A stretch of DNA of 20,401 nt, taken from contig JAYUEN010000086.1 in the NCBI GenBank assembly GCA_043739185.1, positions 1 through 20,401 of the forward strand, written 5' to 3'. A model generated the notes under the pieces. It had not been told where the DNA came from, ran no database searches, and saw only the letters and a list, made by a program, of their open reading frames with translations. Of the stretch, positions 16,244-20,401 are shown in pieces. The DNA is from Bdellovibrionales bacterium (GTDB lineage: Bacteria; Bdellovibrionota; Bdellovibrionia; Bdellovibrionales; JAMPXM01). The position numbers were made by a program, and so were the translations under genes. Position 1 is the stretch's first letter, and every line of letters starts with the position of its first letter.

Positions 16244-17873
16244 GAGCTGCCCAAACTAATTTTCTCCAATGAGAACTCTGTACTGATGACTCATTTGCAT
16301 TCAATGTTTCGCCTAAACTTGCAGCTTGAAGTGGCGCTTTGCCGAAATGATCTAAGTTCGGAAACAAATGCTTGGCCACCGCCTCTCGAAAGACGGCCTC
16401 TTGGGAAGTAGGCAAACTCTCAAGAATACTTTGCTTTAGTAATTTGGCCAAGGGCTCTGGAGCAAAAATCACGGATGGAGTTTTCGCTTGTGCCGGAAAG
16501 CTTGCACTCATTGAAGGAAACTTTCCCGAGAGAGTTGAAATAGCCTTCACAACCAACTGATCATCGGGTGAGAAAAGTAACGCATTCGGAAGGGCCGCCA
16601 ATTCAATTCGAAAAAATCGTTTGGACTTAAGCTTACTGGCACTTTTAGTTTTGGCAGTTGCGTAGGGACCATATCGGCCTCCGACTTCGCGAGATATCGC
16701 AATACCAGTTGCGCCTACTTTAGTGATATTAACAGGCAAACTTGCCGACCATGTGAGTATCGGTGCCGCCTCTGCTTCACCTGAACTTTTCCAAAAAGCT
16801 TCGCGCGAGCCAATTAATTTTTTGAAAGCCTGTTCTAGTTCGCTACTATTTTTGAGTAAGGCAGAGTAGTCGCCGTGCAAGGCAATGAGTGGAGTATATA
16901 ACTTTGACTCCGGATACCAGCAGGCAACAGCAACCGGATCTGACTTTTCAAGCCAGCTTTGTAATTTAACAATGCCTTCAACTTTTTTCTTATCAATAGG
17001 TAAAGCGGCACAAAAAGCGGCACCCCTTGGCATCTGATTCCAAAATTTACTCTCTACTGGCTTCGCGTCGCCTGCCATTAATATCTGCGACTCCCAAGCT
17101 CCAGAAGTGAATTCAAAGCGCACTGCCTTTAGTCCACTCATGAAGGCCTGATAATTAAAACTCAAATATTGTGCCGAAAGACTTAGCCTATGCTTTGAAT
17201 TTGCCAATTGGGGCCCAAAAATACCCATCTCTTGATTGGTTCCAAAAAAAGATTTCGCGCGCTCAATAAAACTTCTCTTATGAGCTGAGTCTGGCAGTTG
17301 AATATTGGGTTCGGAAAAAACAAACAAGCGATTTTCTTCGGAGGTGAAATAAATCGTTTTCTCAGTCGACAACTTTAAAACTTGAACATTTCGCTCGCCG
17401 ATTTTCATACTGGACAACTGCGTATCGCCTGTAGCTCCTTGGCTTGCCATCATCTTGGCAATTTCTTCAAAAAGACTTTTGACTCCGGTTTGGTCTATGA
17501 CAACCAAAAAGTGATTCAGCCGACCCTCTGAGCCTTTCCACAAAGCAATTTCTGCAGGGCCATCCATCAGCCAGGATAAAAAGCGACTGGGCCAATCGCT
17601 CTTTTGCTCATAAGCTAATCGTGCTAAGGCGCCTCGAAAACTCAACCAATCAGCACCGCTATCACGGTAATAAAAAACAAAATCCTCACTCAATAAGTCT
17701 TTTAATAAAGGTACTTCTAAAATATCTCTGGGAAGACTCGAAAGCGATTTTGTTGCGATAATGGCGTCTGGCTGTCGACTCAATTCTTTTTCTGGAGCGA
17801 GATTTTCAGCCTGTGCATTGTGAACTGCGGAAATAACGACAAGAAGACAAAATGAATTAAAAAATTTTTTCAT
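16230..17873 (-). CDS. yfaA: YfaA / DUF2138 family protein (MagB-like)
   Basis: 'PDAIIATKSLSSLPRDILEVPLLKDLLSEDFVFYY', 'GALARLAYE', 'YLSFNYQAF', 'ACWYPESKLYTPL' and 'LLFSPDDQLVVKA' are typical of DUF2138. First gene of the yfaA-T-S-Q-P cluster; overlaps yfaT by 14 nt. Confidence 0.88.
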   Translation of the reverse strand: MKKFFNSFCLLVVISAVHNAQAENLAPEKELSRQPDAIIATKSLSSLPRDILEVPLLKDLLSEDFVFYYRDSGADWLSFRGALARLAYEQKSDWPSRFLSWLMDGPAEIALWKGSEGRLNHFLVVIDQTGVKSLFEEIAKMMASQGATGDTQLSSMKIGERNVQVLKLSTEKTIYFTSEENRLFVFSEPNIQLPDSAHKRSFIERAKSFFGTNQEMGIFGPQLANSKHRLSLSAQYLSFNYQAFMSGLKAVRFEFTSGAWESQILMAGDAKPVESKFWNQMPRGAAFCAALPIDKKKVEGIVKLQSWLEKSDPVAVACWYPESKLYTPLIALHGDYSALLKNSSELEQAFKKLIGSREAFWKSSGEAEAAPILTWSASLPVNITKVGATGIAISREVGGRYGPYATAKTKSASKLKSKRFFRIELAALPNALLFSPDDQLVVKAISTLSGKFPSMSASFPAQAKTPSVIFAPEPLAKLLKQSILESLPTSQEAVFREAVAKHLFPNLDHFGKAPLQAASLGETLNANESSVQSSHWRKLVWAAHASH

Positions 17874-17933
17874 CTGAAAAGCTTAGGGAGCTTGCTTCAG
17901 CCTGTCATCGCGCGCCGCTTTATCCCGAAATGA

Positions 17934-17962
17934 AAACTAATTTAAGAGCCACACTCTTTCAA
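17934..17962 (-). promoter_or_regulatory. Possible sigma70-type promoter for the yfa operon (TTGAAA-N17-TAGTTT)
   Basis: On the minus strand, TTGAAA (17962-17957), exactly 17 nt, then TAGTTT (17939-17934), about 60 nt upstream of the yfaA ATG. A chance match is possible in AT-rich DNA. Confidence 0.3.
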
Positions 17963-17981
17963 TTCATGATTTAGCTTTAGT

Positions 17982-20360
17982 CTAGCCGACTAAAGATTGA
18001 GCAACTAGCATTTCTCGCATATGATGGTTGTCTAGCAATAGACCCAATACAGAGCTTAATTCTAGGGCCGTTTTATAATCTGACTTTGAAAATACCACAT
18101 CTGCTTTTTTATCAGCAAAGGTGAGCACGCCAATTAATCTTGAGTTTGACAAAAGTGGGAAAATCATACAGGTACCGGTTCGATAGTTGCGACTTTCACC
18201 TTTAGAAATTTTAAAGCGTGAATCTTTATGAATATTTTCAATCAAAAGTGGGGTCCTGTTTTTAATCACATAACCTACTGGTCCCGATTTAGAATCAATA
18301 TTTTGCTTAAACTGTAATGAGGCATGCGATTGATCAATGGCAAAAACCAGCCTCAAACTGTCATGAAATTTTTCATCTTCGAAAACATAAATTCTAGATT
18401 TTGTTGCGCCCACAAATTCAGAGGTCTTCTTTTGAAATGCACGGATCGCATCAATCGGCTCACTGGCAGTACGAATTAAGCGAACCAACTCAAGTGTTAA
18501 TTCTTCTCGGTGTTTTTCTTTTAATGCAATTCGAGTCTTCTGAATATGTTCTCGGGTTCCGGTGAATACGGCAATAATTGAAAAGGCAAATGGCAATAGC
18601 ACACTCAAGTCTCGGCAGACGTCGTCAAGTTGTACCGGAATCCAATTATTTGCAAAAGACGATGCTAGAGAAGCTAGACCTAGCCAGCCAAACATCAAAT
18701 AGACCCATGAAATATTCGAGCTTGAGTGTTTTGAAAACATCAATGGATTTGGAATTAATTTAAAACAGTATATTGGCCAAAGGAGAGCGTAGAGCATTCC
18801 CCCAATGAGAATTTGATTATAAACTTGCACAAAACTTTGCGGAGTATGTTGAATACCCAAGCAGCAAACACAAAGCGCAATCCCAAAAATTACCGCCAAT
18901 ATATTGTTGTAAAGCTCCTCGCGCTTTCGTTCATTAATATGTAAAAAACCCGAACAAAGTACCGCAGAAGAAATCATAACTGAAAAGAGCTTCAAAAAGC
19001 GCACCAATTCAAAACTAAAGGCTTCACTGACCCAAGGCGTATAGTAAATCAAATGAATCGACCCAAGCAAAAGATAAAATGATGTATAGAAATAGCTCTT
19101 GTTGGATTTCTGAAATAACGCCAAGGCAAAGCAAGAAATAAAAATTACCAATGCCAATATGAAGGCCATATTTCGAAAAAGATGAAATAAAATCTGATTT
19201 TTAACAACCGCCTCTCGGACCACGGCGAATTCAGATAAAAAAGCACCTACTTTTGGCAGAATCGTAAGCCCTGGCTTCAAAGTCGGCCGCGCTTCTGCCT
19301 GAATTAAAATTGTATTTTTTGCTTGAGTGCGAAGCGCTTCGTAATCAAAAGCGTACATGGCCACATCACTTAGGTGATCTGAACCACCAATAAATCGATC
19401 ATTGAGAAAGGCCCGATGACGATCCGGAATCAACCCGAGGACAAAGGCAGGATGTTGAAATTTCAACTGCGTTTCAAATTCCTTTTTCAGCCAATATTGA
19501 CCTTGAATACGATTGGCATTCTGAGCATATTCTGTGGTTTCAAAATTTTTCCAAGCCGAATCACTTGACGAAGGCCTTCCCTCAGAGTGAGGGCGCACCA
19601 AAAAACTCCACGCCTCAGACAAATCCACTCTGGGATCTTTCCCTTCCATTGCCCCCGCCGGCAGGCGGGCTTGATTTTGCAATGTGTTTTCTTGCACTCG
19701 AAACAAAACAGCAAACAGAATTAAAAGGCTTGCAGCAAACAATGATCCAACTAGCAACTCACTAATACTCAAAGCCTTCAAACCCCATCGACGTTTTAAA
19801 ACTTGAGAAAATTTTGAGTTTCTAGCTTCGGCTCGCTGCCACGGCATGGTAACATGATAGAGCTCGGCACCACTCTTGATATTTTTTAGCTTTTGATGCC
19901 CTAGCTTTTTAAAATGAATGCCGGGAAGCTTCTCACTAATCTGATCGTAAACTTGTTTACTTATGCAAATGCCACCGGGTTTTGCAAGCGGCTCAATACG
20001 AGCCGCAATATTCACGGCATTACCTAGATATTGACGGCCTTCGACTAAGACATCGCCAACGTGAATTCCAATGCGAATTTGAATTTTGCGATCAAGACCT
20101 AGATGCTTGGAGCGTTCAAACAAATGAGTTTGAATTTCAATTGCACATTGAACGGCATTGACAGCGCTTGAAAACTCAATTAAAAATCCGTCGCCCGTGG
20201 TGTCGACTTCTTCGCCGTGGTGAGCCGACAAATACTGCCTAACAATTTTTCTTTGTTCATTGACGAGTTCACGCGACAAGAGTTCATCGCGATAGGTGAG
20301 GGCGCTAAATCCCACCATATCGGTAAACATAATTGCAACAAGTCGTCTGGCTGGCTTCAA
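17982..20360 (-). CDS. Membrane-bound class III nucleotide cyclase: cyclase - TM - extracytoplasmic galactose-binding-like domain - 7TM - GAF
   Basis: Cyclase motifs 'AIMFTDMVGFS', 'TGDGF', 'IRIGIHVGDV', 'GNAVNIAARIE' and 'LKNI'. One TM helix, then a jelly-roll-like segment 'DLSEAWSF...GQYWLKKEF...AFLNDRFIG...NTILI'. Seven hydrophobic segments follow, then a C-terminal GAF ('GPVGYV...PLLIENIHKDSRF...CMIFPL...LIGVLTF'). Start is TTG 20360 (GAGG upstream) or TTG 20372. Confidence 0.88.
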   Translation of the reverse strand: MKPARRLVAIMFTDMVGFSALTYRDELLSRELVNEQRKIVRQYLSAHHGEEVDTTGDGFLIEFSSAVNAVQCAIEIQTHLFERSKHLGLDRKIQIRIGIHVGDVLVEGRQYLGNAVNIAARIEPLAKPGGICISKQVYDQISEKLPGIHFKKLGHQKLKNIKSGAELYHVTMPWQRAEARNSKFSQVLKRRWGLKALSISELLVGSLFAASLLILFAVLFRVQENTLQNQARLPAGAMEGKDPRVDLSEAWSFLVRPHSEGRPSSSDSAWKNFETTEYAQNANRIQGQYWLKKEFETQLKFQHPAFVLGLIPDRHRAFLNDRFIGGSDHLSDVAMYAFDYEALRTQAKNTILIQAEARPTLKPGLTILPKVGAFLSEFAVVREAVVKNQILFHLFRNMAFILALVIFISCFALALFQKSNKSYFYTSFYLLLGSIHLIYYTPWVSEAFSFELVRFLKLFSVMISSAVLCSGFLHINERKREELYNNILAVIFGIALCVCCLGIQHTPQSFVQVYNQILIGGMLYALLWPIYCFKLIPNPLMFSKHSSSNISWVYLMFGWLGLASLASSFANNWIPVQLDDVCRDLSVLLPFAFSIIAVFTGTREHIQKTRIALKEKHREELTLELVRLIRTASEPIDAIRAFQKKTSEFVGATKSRIYVFEDEKFHDSLRLVFAIDQSHASLQFKQNIDSKSGPVGYVIKNRTPLLIENIHKDSRFKISKGESRNYRTGTCMIFPLLSNSRLIGVLTFADKKADVVFSKSDYKTALELSSVLGLLLDNHHMREMLVAQSLVG

Positions 20361-20401
20361 CGAGAACCTCAAGATTATTTAGAGTCGAAATTTAATTTAT
20401 G

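Noticed and set aside
17944..17958. Inverted repeat AAGAG-N5-CTCTT in the spacer of the putative yfa promoter
   Set aside because: The arms are 5 bp and occur once. It could be an operator but is expected by chance, and it does not match the CRP consensus.
766..19765. Short alternative-frame and antisense ORFs (for example 1426-1800, 9652-9990, 10528-10806, 12791-13171)
   Set aside because: All are nested in long genes with clear family motifs and have no recognisable motifs of their own, so they are treated as shadow ORFs.
17982..20360. Cyclase as a Pycsar anti-phage system
   Set aside because: No adjacent cNMP-binding TIR or TM effector gene is visible, and the multi-sensor membrane architecture fits signalling. 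The sequence upstream of the cyclase is outside the window.
1..20401. CRISPR arrays, tRNA/rRNA genes, IS elements, frameshifted pseudogenes
   Set aside because: The window is almost fully tiled by intact ORFs, with gaps of about 200 bp or less. I saw no regularly spaced repeats or transposase/integrase motifs.

Overview
AT-rich, gene-dense bacterial window with 13 likely CDSs; I saw no RNA genes, mobile elements or CRISPR arrays. (1) 1-2620, + strand: tail of a translationally coupled operon. It encodes the C-terminus of an MbtG-like (SidA/IucD/PvdA family) flavin N-hydroxylase, a GNAT-fold acyltransferase and a class I SAM methyltransferase, followed by a secreted beta-barrel-like protein. 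(2) 2632-7749, - strand: a single-domain response regulator and a large hybrid histidine kinase (MASE1-CHASE-PAS-PAS-HisKA-HATPase-REC-REC-Hpt). (3) About 7956-8486, + strand: a small exported helical protein. (4) 8517-17873, - strand: a complete yfaA-yfaT-yfaS-yfaQ-yfaP (Pseudomonas mag-like) alpha-2-macroglobulin operon. (5) 17982-20360, - strand: a membrane class III nucleotide cyclase with cyclase-TM-sugar-binding-7TM-GAF order. Most notable: the YfaS-type macroglobulin keeps an intact CxEQ thioester motif, which this subfamily is described as lacking; YfaQ appears to combine PBP-like, SpoIID-like and HExxH motifs; the cyclase has non-canonical substrate-specifying residues (D/Q); and the hydroxylase/acyltransferase/methyltransferase trio suggests an uncharacterised hydroxamate-type pathway. 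All family calls come from reading motifs by eye, not from database searches.
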